A stretch of DNA of 64,000 bases, from positions 60,078,001 to 60,142,000 of the forward strand of contig CM060734.1 of NCBI GenBank assembly GCA_030704615.1, written 5' to 3'. This document shows positions 1 through 11,194 of the stretch, one piece after another. The DNA comes from Takakia lepidozioides. Taxonomy: Eukaryota; Plantae; Bryophyta. Each line of letters starts with the position of its first letter. Within the stretch, counting starts at the first letter, position 1. Below the pieces are notes generated by a model. That model had not been told where the DNA came from. It did not search any database and worked only from the letters and a program-made list of their open reading frames with translations. The position numbers and the translations under genes are program-made.

Positions 1-653
1 ACGAATGCAAAGCTAAATATTTACACGTAACATGTTGGGGAAGAGATAGGCCATTGCATGTAATCCAAAAATCTATCATCCCATCACTATTCCAACCCTT
101 GGGATTTTGAAGATTATCCATGTCTTCGAGGCGCAAGGGCACCTGCTTGGCTGGCACTTTTGTGAAGAACCACGCATCCGTGTTGCGGTTTCCGCCTTGT
201 CCATGTCGCCTCCTGATAAACAAATCACTCGAACTGCGTGAATGTTAAATGTTTTGGAGCAGTCACGCATTGAATTGACTGATATGGAAAAGAAAAAACA
301 TACTATCGGACCTTTTTTAATTCAGACCCTGATATGGTATGTAAAGGTTTGCATTTCAATACCCTGAAGTGGCTGGTATTAAGAAAAAAAACACTGACAT
401 CCGAGATGTACACGAATTAAAAAAAAAATGGGAACCAGGACACGGTAAGTTGTTGGCGTCCTATGCGGCGTTGTAAATGGATATACCCCCCCCCCCAAAA
501 AAAAGAGGGTTTGATTGCGTTGTCGAGCTCACAGTACGTCATCCATGGCGGACATACAACATGGACAAGAGGATTAGTTTGCAAGGTGAATGGTTGTCGT
601 CACGACAATTGTTGGCACATCACAAATTGCACTGTCGGGTCACAAGTGAACAA

Positions 654-1769
654 CTACCTGCTACATGGTGGTTCCGGTTCTTGCCCTTGACTCTTCTCAA
701 TGTGGATGCTTTGCGCATCCTCCAATGCCAATTGAGAGCCTTCTTCGGGCAATGAAAGATTCAGGAAGGGTAACGGTGCCGGCCCAAGATGTGGAAGGCT
801 TCCGTCCCCGTCAAATCGCTTCTTGGCCAACCTGTTGGATGGTTGCTTCAAAACCTGCGCGAGCACTTCTTCTCGCACCACATGCGCATGTGCAGTAGAA
901 TCTGCAGTGGGGGAGTGGAGTTGTTTAAGTACAATGGCTGGAGAGGGGTTCGAATTGTGGCGAGTCGGACGTCGCTGCTTTTCAACCACCGTCGTCACGT
1001 ACTGTGCGTCACGAAAAGCATGTGGTTGTTCTTCTTCTGCAGCAGGTGGATCGGCCTGGACAGTGCGATCCTCTCGCTGCCCCATATCGTCGAGCCCATC
1101 CACATATGCAGGTTGTACAGCGCTAAATGACAGATGGTCCCCTTCGCACACATTATTCCACAATGCCCGCAGGCTGTTCCGAGCAAGAATTGTGGATTCG
1201 CGTATGGAAGCATTCATGAACGTGTAATATTGATCACCTGCACGGCCGTAGTGCAACGTTGAGAATGACGAACATAAATCGCATGAAGAGCAAAGGATGG
1301 TGCCCAAGAAAAAGGAAACGGAGGAAAGAATAAGGTGGACGGAGCGTACCAGGCATCCAACCGATCCATAAATCCTCCCGCTGCTTGAGGCATTTACGAA
1401 ATTGATCCAGGGCCGCTTCTCTGGCATCACGGTTTGTTGTGGTCCCACACCACAGCGTATGAAAATGTTCGGGAAACGCAATTGCCATGTCCCCAACTGT
1501 TCTTATTCTTATGGGAGAAACATTCGCGTGTATTTTCTCCGATGCATACTTGCGTTGGGCCGGACTGTTTCTTGTGAGAACATTGACGATTTCGTCCAGC
1601 TCAGACTTGGCATGAATGGGGTCTGGCATATTGCCAAACACAAAAGACCCCAAACTGAGCAGCGTGGTAGCACATGCTCGGACAACTCTACGTCCATATA
1701 CAGATCCGGATAGTATTTTAAGCATGTTTGTCATCGGGTTATGAAAAATGGTGGAAACAGGCAAGTTCA
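654..1769 (-). pseudogene. 5'-truncated intron-containing gene of unknown function (probably TE-borne)
   Basis: ORF 1234..1776 splices in frame into ORF 654..1496 through a GT..AG intron at 1349-1238 (..WIGWMP-G-DQYYTF..). The 5' end is cut by the LTR at 1770. No recognisable domain. Confidence 0.4.
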
Positions 1770-2423
1770 TGTCCAACGGGACAAGGGTACATTACCATGA
1801 GAGCAGTAAGGGGTAGTGTAGTAACCGTGAGCCGTGAACCACAATATCACACAGTCACGATAGCATCGGCTTTAACCATTAGAGGGAGTAGTGGACCGTT
1901 TACCACTATGGCTCACGACCACTACAACGAGCCACTTTTTAGCAAACCTTTTAGGTTGCGTAGGCAGTTAGGCAAACGGTCATTAACGACCGGAGGCTGT
2001 AACGGCTCTTTCGAGCATAGTATAAAAGACTGCACGCAACTTAGAGGGTGTGCAGTATGAGTATCAGTGATCAATGTGTATTTAGAGGGACTCAGAGTGA
2101 TTCTGTGTACTTCTGTGATGATGTGACGAGCTCTGAAGTAAAGCCATGCTATTCGAAGTATCTCTATGTAGAGTGAACGTGAGATGGTGAGAATGTGTAT
2201 CATCTCATAATAGTTCTTGTTTTCTCTTGACTACCATCTGTTTGTATGAACCAAGAGGCTTCAGTCCTTTCAACTAAGATCTTTTATGCTTAAGATACTG
2301 TAGATTGGTCTTAATCAATAGGATTAAGCAGTCTGCAATGATATGGCTTCATCCGACGTTCATAGTTTAGCTATCCTTAAAACGATTACTTCGTAATCAT
2401 TTCTGAGAGCATACCGTTGGACA
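1770..2423. mobile_element. Isolated LTR (654 bp)
   Basis: Perfect 10-bp terminal inverted repeats TGTCCAACGG...CCGTTGGACA (TG..CA) and a TATAAAAG near 2021. Flanks GTTCA and ACCTC are not a TSD. Confidence 0.6.
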
Positions 2424-3454
2424 ACCTCTGTTGCATGTCTTAGGAAATGGGCAGTAGTGTTAAGAGCCTGTTTTGTCTAAGTCATAAACCAGCGGTTAAC
2501 ACAAGGTATTGTACATCAGAGTCCAACTACCGTTGCTCCATGATGTTGAACTCCTTGGGTATCTGGATTGTGTGGGGCTCCACTGGCAAGTCCTGGAGTG
2601 ACCTTGAGGGTGGGCCCTCAAACTCCTTTGAGGCTGGCTGACTGGAATGAGTGGGGGGAGCTGGAGTGATAATACCTTTGGCTGGGGCTTGTTTGACTGG
2701 TGCAAATTCCGCAGGTCTCTCAGTACCTGAAAACTCATGAAAGCTTGGAGTGGTGACAGTAGGAGTGTTTCAACCTGGAATATCATTATCTGCAGGGGGC
2801 CTACTAATATTTCTTCGTGCAGCAGCCTTCAATCGTGCACCTGGGCCGCCGTTCAGTGTAACAACATGGATTGCCCACAAGTAAATCTGCCCAGGCCCAT
2901 CTTTCCAAGAGCCTTTCACTACAAGGTGTGCCCAGTAAAACTAGGCCTTCGAAGTGTAGGGTTGGGGCTCACTCCCACTATTGCTGCAGTGAAAATAATA
3001 TTGATGACAGGTGTTAGCAACAACCTTTGCATCGGTGATTGTCGGGAAATTTTATAACCTGCCTCCAACATACAGTTGCTGCAGATTGCAGCCTCCAGAC
3101 CAGTGCCCCAGGGAGGTCCAGGATTGTGGATATCAGCATGGGATTGTTTACCCATTCCGAAGTATTGCGAACTGAAATCAGTATTGAAAGAAGAGGTTAT
3201 CGAAGCTTTACTGGTTGAGATCATAGCAATTCTGTATAACTGCCCAGGTTCATGTCTCCAGGGACGCTCCCCTAGTGCAAAATACACAAGCAGGTTTACA
3301 GAAGAAGGCCCAGCAGGTGAAGAAGTCCATTGAACGCGCCCTATGAAGAGAGTTGGTTGCTGGCCAGGGCTAGGAGGGTTCGGGCAAGAATTTGCTTGCA
3401 ATGACAACCTTCCTTGTACTCCGCTGTTTGAGTACTTTTCTTGCAACCATTGCT

Positions 3455-4426
3455 TGTCAAGTGACCGGTGAGTGCAGGCACACTAGGGTTCTGGCGGGCC
3501 GAGCTGGATCGATGCAGCTGTTGTGAGGGCGGGGGTAGATCAACAGTAAGAACACTGTGTCGTGGCCCTTTGCCTTGAGGGCAGGGGGTCGGGACACGGG
3601 AGGGGCTGCCCCTGTGGTGGGGGCAGTAGCAGCGATAGGTGCAGGGGCTGAAGCACCCTTGAGTGCCCAAGGCACTCAAGGAGGTGGAGGCGCTCACTAG
3701 GTGGAGCCCCGCACTGTCGCGGCCCTTTGCCTTGAGGGCAGGGGGTCGGGACACGGGAGGGGCTGCCCCTGTGGTTGGGGCAGCAGCAGCGATAGGTGCG
3801 GGGGCTGAAGCACCCTTGAGTGCCCAAGGCACTCAAGGAGGCGGAGGCGCTCACTAGGTGGAGCCCCGCACACCGGGTTGCGGTGGGGGTGGCTCCACAA
3901 GGGGTGGTGGTAGCTTAGCGGGACTTAGTGGGGGTGGCATAGGACTCACCATGGGGTGGAGACCTCAAGGTGGGAGTCGTGGGGAGTCTTGGGACTCATC
4001 ACGGTCCAATGGGGCCGTGGTGAGTGGGCCAAGACTCACCGGGAGTTGAGGGTCTTCGTGGTGGTTCGCCATAAAAAGGCATGGTTGTTTGTGAAACCCC
4101 CGCGGACAGCTACAGAAGTATATATAGGGAGTAGTAACCCCGAGAATGGTGCAAGCCTGTTGGTGACCAAAAACTAGTGAGTAAGCGAGCGAGCCGGAAA
4201 GCGACCAAAGAGTGGGGAGCTGTTCCGGACTGCCATCTACCAAAGGGAATTCCCACTAGGCCCAAATTGGTGGAGGGTCTTTTGGGGTTGCAAAGGGGGA
4301 CCGTTATGTCCCGGTGAGTAGCCGAAGCTCCAAGTTGGCCCGGCGGCCAGGTTGGGAGTCAGGCGCGCGCATCAAAGCGAGTAACTATGACTTGAAGGGG
4401 AGCTTACCGAAGTGAGGAGCGCGACA
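3455..4426 (+). mobile_element. 5' LTR of Ty3/gypsy element G1
   Basis: TGTC...GACA termini, followed after 2 nt by the tRNA-iMet PBS and then gag. The start is inferred from the TGTC terminus and a composition shift. Confidence 0.7.
3553..3871 (+). repeat. GC-rich ~158-bp tandem duplication inside the G1 LTR
   Basis: Two near-identical copies of GGCCCTTTGCCTTGAGGGCAGGGGGTCGGGACACGGG...CACTAGGTGGAGCCCCGCAC. Confidence 0.9.
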
Positions 4427-4428
4427 CT

Positions 4429-4440
4429 TGGTATCAGAGC
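4429..4440 (+). other. Primer binding site (tRNA-iMet)
   Basis: TGGTATCAGAGC directly after the LTR end. Confidence 0.9.
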
Positions 4441-4481
4441 TTAGAGTTCAGTACGCGATCGTCCTTGGGATTGGCCTCATC

Positions 4482-7032
4482 ATGGGGTCGGGTAAGCCAA
4501 AGCGAAAGCGGAACGGCCCAAAAGATGATGATCCTGGTGAGCCCGATGGGGGTGACGTGTCACCGAGGTGGCCGTTTGAGGAAGCGATGCATGTTTCCGA
4601 AAACGAGGCCGCTCAAGAGCGGGAGGAATCTGAGGAGTCGAAGCCCGAGGAATCCCTGAGAGCTCCGACCGACCAACAGATGCCTCCCATGCCGGCAGCC
4701 TTTTGGGAAGGGTTGTTGGCGCAATTTGGCGGGACGTTGAAAGACGTGTTGAAGGCGGCTAATGCCACTTCCACTAAGGCAAAGTTTAAGGTGAAGCCTA
4801 AGGAACCTGACACCTTCGAGGGCGTCCGAAATCGGAAGGCACTCAACACCTGGCTCTTGGAGCTAGAGCAGTACTTCCGGGCGGCCAAGTTGAGTGACGA
4901 GGATCGGGTGGAAGTGGCTCCCACCTATTTGAGGGGCTATACTCAACAATGGTGGTAGAAACGCCTTCACGACCGAGGTCCAAGCCCGGAAACCTTGAAC
5001 TGGAGTAGGTTCAAGGAATTGATGAAGAGGCAGTTTGTGCCCCCTCAACGTGTCCTGGCTTGCCCGGGACAAGATGAGGAATTTGAAGCAAACAGATGAC
5101 ATTCGGGGATATGTCCAGGCTTTCAATGTGCTGTTGCTCGAAGTCGCGGACATGGCAAAACCAGAAATGGTCTTCAACTTTGTGGCGGGACTGGCCCCAT
5201 GGGCCAGGCGGAAGTTGGAGGAGAAGCCACCTAAGACTTTGAACGAGGCAATTGAGAGGGCTAAATGTTTCTTGGATGTCACTAGGGGCGAAAGACAAGG
5301 CCGTACGGAGCTGAACCACAAGAAGACCCGGCGGGAATGTGACTCCTTCCAACCGGAAAAGAAGTGGGATAGGCCACGCGGTGACAATGGCACGTGGAAA
5401 TCAAAGGGAGGGCCTTCACACGTCAAGGCGGCACCCGGTGCTTCGAAAGGAAAAGCGGGTGGAGCGGCCTATGGCGGACAGAAGGCGACCTTTCATGGAG
5501 TGTGTTTCAATTGCGGGGAGCCCGGGCACATAGCCAAAAAGTGCACGAAACCCCGACAATTGAACATGACTCGGGCGACCACGGAGCTGTAGGAAGATAC
5601 CATCAGTCGCCTAGTGGAAGCGGTGGTCGCCAGGACTTGCAAGGTAGGCAACTATTCCTGTGAGTTGTATCAGGAAACTGGCGCCCTGCGTAAAGGGAGT
5701 CAGTTATTGTTCGTGGATGGGATAATATCCAGAACTAACGTGTCGTTGTTGGTGGACACAGGAGTGTCGCACTCTTTCATGACACCAGCAACGGCACAAA
5801 AGCTGGGACTCCCGACAAGTGACGTGGGGGCCTCTATTGAGGTGCGTTCTGCCAAAGGAGAACCACAATTGGCGACGAGGTTGGCGTTCGATGTTCCTCT
5901 TCACCTAGGGAGTTGGGAAGGACGTGAGAACTTCACCATTTGCGAGATCGATGGAGTGGATCTCATTTTGGGGATGACCTTTTTGAGCAAATCCGGAGCG
6001 GTCATAGATGGCCGCAAAAGAGTAGTCACACTACCATGTGGGGATGGTGGCGAAGTCTTACGAGTGTCGGAAATGCCCAAACCCGTGGGAGGGCGAATAA
6101 ACCTTCTGTCAGCAAGGGAGTGGATCGTGGAGGAAACACACGAGCCCCAATTTTTGCTTTACGTCAGACAAGTGAAGGGAGAAGGCGATGGGGAGCCGAG
6201 CCCAGATTGGATCAAGGGGGTTTTGGAGAAATACCAGGATGTGATGCCGGAGGATTTACCAAGTGGCTTGCCACCGCGAAGAGGAGTTGACCACAAGATT
6301 GAGGTGATACCGGGATCGGAACCGCCTGCCAAGGCGCCCTACCGGTTGAGCCACAGAGAGTTGGTCGAGCTGAAGACTCAGCTATAAGATCTAATGTCAA
6401 AGGGGTACATCCGGCCGAATAAGTCACCTTACGGAGCCCCGGTGCTATTCGCAGACAAGAAGAATGGGACGCTGCGGATGTGTGTCGATTACAAGGCTTT
6501 GAATAAGGTGACTATAAAAAACCGGTACCCTTTGCCAAGGATTGACGACCTTTTCGATCAGTTGGCAGGAGCGAAGTATTTCAGCTGGATCGATCTGTGC
6601 TCCGGCTATCATCAAATTCGAGTGGCGGAAGGAGATGAGGAGAAGACCGCGTGCAGGACAAGGTATGGTTCATATGAGTTCTTGGTGATGCCTTTTGGGC
6701 TCACCAACGCACCCGCGACCTTTAGCACGCTGATGAACAACCTTTTCCAGGAGTGGTTGGATGACTTTGTGAGTGTGTACATTGACGACATCTTGGTGTA
6801 TTCGAAAACAAAGGAGGAGCACCTGGAGCACCTCAAAAGGGTGTTCCAGAAATTGCGAGAAGGGAAGCTGTATGCCAAAGCTTCAAAGTGCGAATTCAGG
6901 GTCACAAAAGTGGAGTTCCTAGGGCATGTGATTACACAGGATGGGATTAGAATGGATGACAAGAAGGTGAGGGCAATCTTGGACTGGGAGCCTCCGACTT
7001 CGGTCCCGGGAGTGCGATCCTTCCTAGGACTC
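4482..7032 (+). pseudogene. gag-pol: Ty3/gypsy gag-protease-RT of G1, degenerate and 3'-truncated
   Basis: Gag EPDTFEG..WLLELEQYF, zinc knuckle CFNCGEPGHIAKKC, protease LVDTG, RT with YIDD. Stops at 4958, 5592 and 6387. Similarity ends abruptly after RSFLGL. Confidence 0.93.
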
Positions 7033-8085
7033 CAGGGATGCCTCGGCGTGAGCCTGGTCACGTGAGCGCGTGAGCGCAACTACGCTAACGCCACGTCACC
7101 TTGCGCCAATGCCACATCACGGGGCTCACTCCACGTCATCACACTTGAAGACCACGTCACCACGCGCCCAGGAAGAAGTGGAGTGTATTCCCGCGGATTG
7201 GCACCCTTTACCGCGGAAACAAGCTGGACGACATACTAAAAGGCAATGGTCATTCCCACCGGAAAGCAACAGATGAATAAAGGATGGATGAATGTACAGT
7301 TGGATGATAAAAAGATGGATGAGTGTGAAAAATGAATGTAGATGGATGAATGAGGGATGGATAAGAGTCAAATGGATGAATGTGTAATGGATGTTGAACA
7401 ATGGAAAACATTCATGACAGGAAGATGCATGACTAAGACTTTAGACAAATGCACGACGTATATGACATGAGTGTGGCAGGATTGTGGGGTGGATTAAAGA
7501 GTATTAAGGATGAATATACACTGGATGTTGAACAAAGGAAAACATTCATGAATGGAGAATGCATGAATACACTGAAGATGAAAACACCACGGATATGAGA
7601 AGAGTCAGGGAGGTTTGGGAGATGGTTTCATACATATTGCAATTCAAATGAAAGTTGATTATTTGATTATTATTTTTCTAAAGAAACAACTATGGTGGAG
7701 GAAGGGGATTCAACGTTATCCAAAGAGTATGAAACTGAATATTAAAAGAACATAGTTCAGTCTGACTCAGAGTCAGTACAATGTATCCCCGCCTCCTCTG
7801 CATCTAAGTCTAAGTATTTTAAAACACCAGATCTACGTTGGATACACCTACGGCCGGGCACTAAAAAGTCAGGAGATAGGAACTCGGCTGCGTGAAGTGC
7901 CATTGCTTCGGCATAAACAGGAAGCAGAAAATTGGAAAGGGGGCTGTCGAAACAGACTCGCCACAAATGACTTCATCTCCAGAAGATCCAGCGCTACCTT
8001 TCCTGAAACACAGCCTGAAAAAGTTATTACTGCAACTTTGATGTTATTAATAAATTGAGTATGGCTCCCCAAGTGGGTTTAGCAC

Positions 8086-9471
8086 TTACTCACATGAAAA
8101 GTCGTTGTCGATCTGCTTATCTTCGGGATCGTCATCATTTCGAATTTGAATCCGATCAGTCTGTGTGCATGAAGTGGAGCCAGACAAAAGAGGGAGGAGC
8201 ACTGTGTTGTAGAGGTCAGAATCACCCTCCATGCCAAAAAGGCTTCTTCCGCCTTCCTTGCATGCATGGTAAGTAGCTCCTGCACCAGACAGGAGGACAT
8301 GTTAAGTTTGGTGGGGGGGATTTAAGCATATGGAACTGGTGAAGGAAAATGAATTCGGAAGGGAGAGAACAAACCTGTGGACACAGAAAGATCGACCACC
8401 CGTGCAGAGTGGTGGCTGCATGACTCCAGAAGTATTTGCATGAACGCTGGGGATTTTTCCTTCGCACCTCTCCAGGGAGTGCCATCTGGTCTCTTCAGAG
8501 TCTGACTGGACTGCATGAAGTTGTACAAAATATCATCTACATGCGGCTCATAGGGGGGTTTGACGAAACAATCCTGGTCAGAAATCTCAAAGCTGCGGAT
8601 GGAGGATGGTGTCTTGGAGGTGCGAATCCTCCGCAGGCAGATCGCCTCGAACATCCTCGTCTGCCAAAGATAGCAAGTTAGTGCGGTAAACACAATCTAT
8701 ATTCATAACTCGGGAAAAAACAAACATTTTTATCACGAATCGGTGATGATCGGTGTCGATAATGACAGATTCTAATACAGTGAAGCTGCAGAGAACATTG
8801 AAACTCATCATGAAAGCACAAGCAGAAGGGAGACGGCATACCAGCTGACCAGGGAAACCCCCTTTCACAAGGTAGAGGTTGTTCACACAATTCCATGTAC
8901 GTAAAACTTCAAACCCTGAAGACTTGAGGTATGATGCCAAAGCCCGACGACTATCTTTGTCACAAGACTGGAAAAGCAGAAGTGTCCCTGCATCAGAGAT
9001 GAAAGTATTACAGAACCCGAACACCCAACTCCAGTAGTTGTCCTCGAATTTGTTCCAGCCTGGCGTCTTGCCCTTTGGAAGAACTTCAGGCACAGCCTGG
9101 CCATCCGGGATGTCGAGAATGACAATGTCAGCCACATATGTTTTCTGCACACCGCACACGAAGGTGGGACCTGTGCTCACCTGCAACAGATATGTTTTTT
9201 TCAGAACGATGGCAGGAATGGTTTCAACGAACCAGACTGAAATACTGACAATGAAACTTTCAGGGAAAAATGAAAGAAACTGGAATTCTCACCAGATTGA
9301 GGAATGAGATTATGTTGTCCCAGGTAGGTGAAGGCAACCCAGTGTATCCTCTCTTTCGACTCTGCATCATCGACAGCCAACCCTCATTGACAATTTTAAT
9401 GTCTCCTGCCGAATCAGAACGGGAAGGGTGTGGCTTAGCGTCGAACACGCACTGAACTGTGCGGGTATATC
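8086..9471 (-). CDS. Beta-class amino (N4-cytosine/N6-adenine) DNA methyltransferase-like gene, 4 exons, 5' end cut by an LTR
   Basis: Exons <=9471-9293, 9180-8842, 8660-8375 and 8279-8086 join through GT-AG introns with no stop. Motif IV-like DIVILDIPD precedes motif X/I-like EKSPAFMQILLESCS...VVDLSVSTGATYHAC..GRSLFGME, which is the beta-class order. Confidence 0.75.
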
Positions 9472-10585
9472 TGTTAGAGGACTGTCGGGGACTTAGACAC
9501 TTATACGGGATCTGTAGGGTACCCTTAATTTTTGCACAGACTGATACCAACAGGAGCCTTAGGGGTGACAGCAGCGCACTGTAGAGGGGGGTTACACAGC
9601 CCGTCACAGTCGTCACAGCCGACACAGCCAACACAGCCCGTCACAGTCGTCACAGCAGACACAGCCGACACAGCCAACACAGCCCGTCACAGCCGACACT
9701 GCCAACACAGCCGTCACAGTCGTCACAGCAGACACAGCCGACAGAGCCAACACAGCCCGTCACAGTCGTCACAGCAGACACAGCCGACACAGCCGACACA
9801 GCCCGTCACAACCGACACAGCCATCACAGCCGACACAGCCCGGCACAGCCGACACAGCCACACAGCCAGTCACAGCCCGACACAACCAAACACAGTCGCA
9901 CAGCCAGTCACAGCCCGTCACAGTTTCACACAGCCAGTCACAGCTTGACACAGCTGTCACGATCATAGGGAACGGAGAGCAGGACAGGGAACGACTGTGG
10001 GAAACAACACCTGCGAAGGGAACATGTTAGTTCACAGACGACGGTTAGTGAGGGAAACGGTTAGAACCACGGGTAGGAAGGTAAAGGGAGAAGCGAGGAA
10101 TTTTGGGGATATCATTCGGAGGAGGACTTCTTGGTCATGGAGGAGAGGGGATCGGGCAGAGATGAAGAACGAAAGTGAAGATAGAGAGATGATGAGTAGA
10201 TGCTTGATATATGCAAGGCTGTAATGATATTGTAGAGCAGATTAAAGACACAATGGCTTCGGCCTGATACCTGATAAATCATAATCGGATACTTTTACGA
10301 TACAATCACACTGTGTAGAGAGATTTGAGTGAAGCTGTGGAATGAATGGATGAGTTGATGGAATCCAATAGATTGATAAAGCAAATTGTTACTTAATTAT
10401 CAATGGTAAGATAGCTAACATGAATGCCAAAAGGGAAACAAATAGGAAACACCCCCATGATACACTAGCTGTAGGTCATGACTGATTGTTCTGCGCGGGC
10501 TGAGTACTTAGAGATTTCCAACTCTTCTATCTTGGAGTTTCCGCCTCGAATAGCGAAGGGATGGGTGAGTAAAAGCCGTGCAACA
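9472..10585 (+). mobile_element. 5' LTR of large Ty3/gypsy family 'CACAGC', copy A
   Basis: TGTT...AACA termini followed by PBS TGGCGACCATACTGGGG. Homologous to 44414-45249, 49398-50374 (reverse) and the TSD-flanked solo LTR 58278-59118. Confidence 0.92.
9594..9960 (+). repeat. CACAG(C/T)-based 9-10 bp periodic array in the LTR
   Basis: Dozens of CACAGCCGA/CACAGTCGT/CACAGCCCGT units. Array length differs among LTR copies. Confidence 0.95.
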
Positions 10586-11173
10586 TTTGGCGACCATACT
10601 GGGGAACTAAGTAATGAACAACCAGATGTGACAGGCATCTGGTGGGATCATGGTGGTTGGACCATTAAAGAATTTGAAGTGAATCAAATTCCCTGTGGAA
10701 CGAAGGAAGAAAGATTGTCCAAACAATTCTTTCAAAGGTTCTTGGAATTGCCAGACGGTTGTAAAGAAAATATTCTTAAGCGAGTGCATGATGCTGATCC
10801 GGAATGGGGTCTGGAGAAAGGAGTGATAAAGATTTATCAGGTAGCCTGTAGAGGAAGAGCACGTTGGTTACCAACATTGGTATATGTGATAGCATTGCTA
10901 TCCATTAAGCGAGTAGAGTTTGAAGGCTGGGAAGAAAGAAAGGTGAATGTTTATACTCATATGCATGAAGAGCTTGTACTGGTAAAGAATTGGATTCCAA
11001 AGGATATTTTGTGGATCAAACTCACACCAAGAACAGCTTTTCAGACTTGTTTGCCATATGGTTATATGGTAACGGAGACTTCAAGTATAGCCAAGGGTGC
11101 ATTGAAGCTTGAAAGAAACCCAGGCATATACGAGAGATATTACAGAAGAGAGTTTTGGTTATTGCCACATTAA
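10478..11173 (+). CDS. Extra ORF upstream of gag (ORF0, 231 aa), unknown function
   Basis: Open frame conserved with copy B (45142..). Many of the differences are synonymous. The ATG lies inside the LTR. Confidence 0.65.
   Translation: MTDCSARAEYLEISNSSILEFPPRIAKGWVSKSRATFGDHTGELSNEQPDVTGIWWDHGGWTIKEFEVNQIPCGTKEERLSKQFFQRFLELPDGCKENILKRVHDADPEWGLEKGVIKIYQVACRGRARWLPTLVYVIALLSIKRVEFEGWEERKVNVYTHMHEELVLVKNWIPKDILWIKLTPRTAFQTCLPYGYMVTETSSIAKGALKLERNPGIYERYYRREFWLLPH
10588..10604 (+). other. Primer binding site, tRNA-Arg type
   Basis: TGGCGACCATACTGGGG 2 nt after the LTR end; the same sequence occurs in copy B at 45252. Confidence 0.75.
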
Positions 11174-11194
11174 AAGAAATGAAAGACATGGGAC

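Noticed and set aside
2424-3454. ORFs 2919..3446, 2496..2786 and 3076..3333
   Set aside because: No recognisable motif in any frame and several stops; left unassigned.
3341-3900. Pro/Ala-rich ORFs with repeated peptides
   Set aside because: By-products of the GC-rich tandem duplication inside an LTR.
7692-7715. TGGTGGAGGAAGGGGATTCAAC resembling a tRNA-Ala PBS or tRNA 3' end
   Set aside because: No convincing adjacent LTR end and no cloverleaf.
9532-9966. HSR/TQP-repeat ORFs and a CRISPR-like appearance
   Set aside because: Translation of the CACAGC array; no unique spacers and no cas genes.
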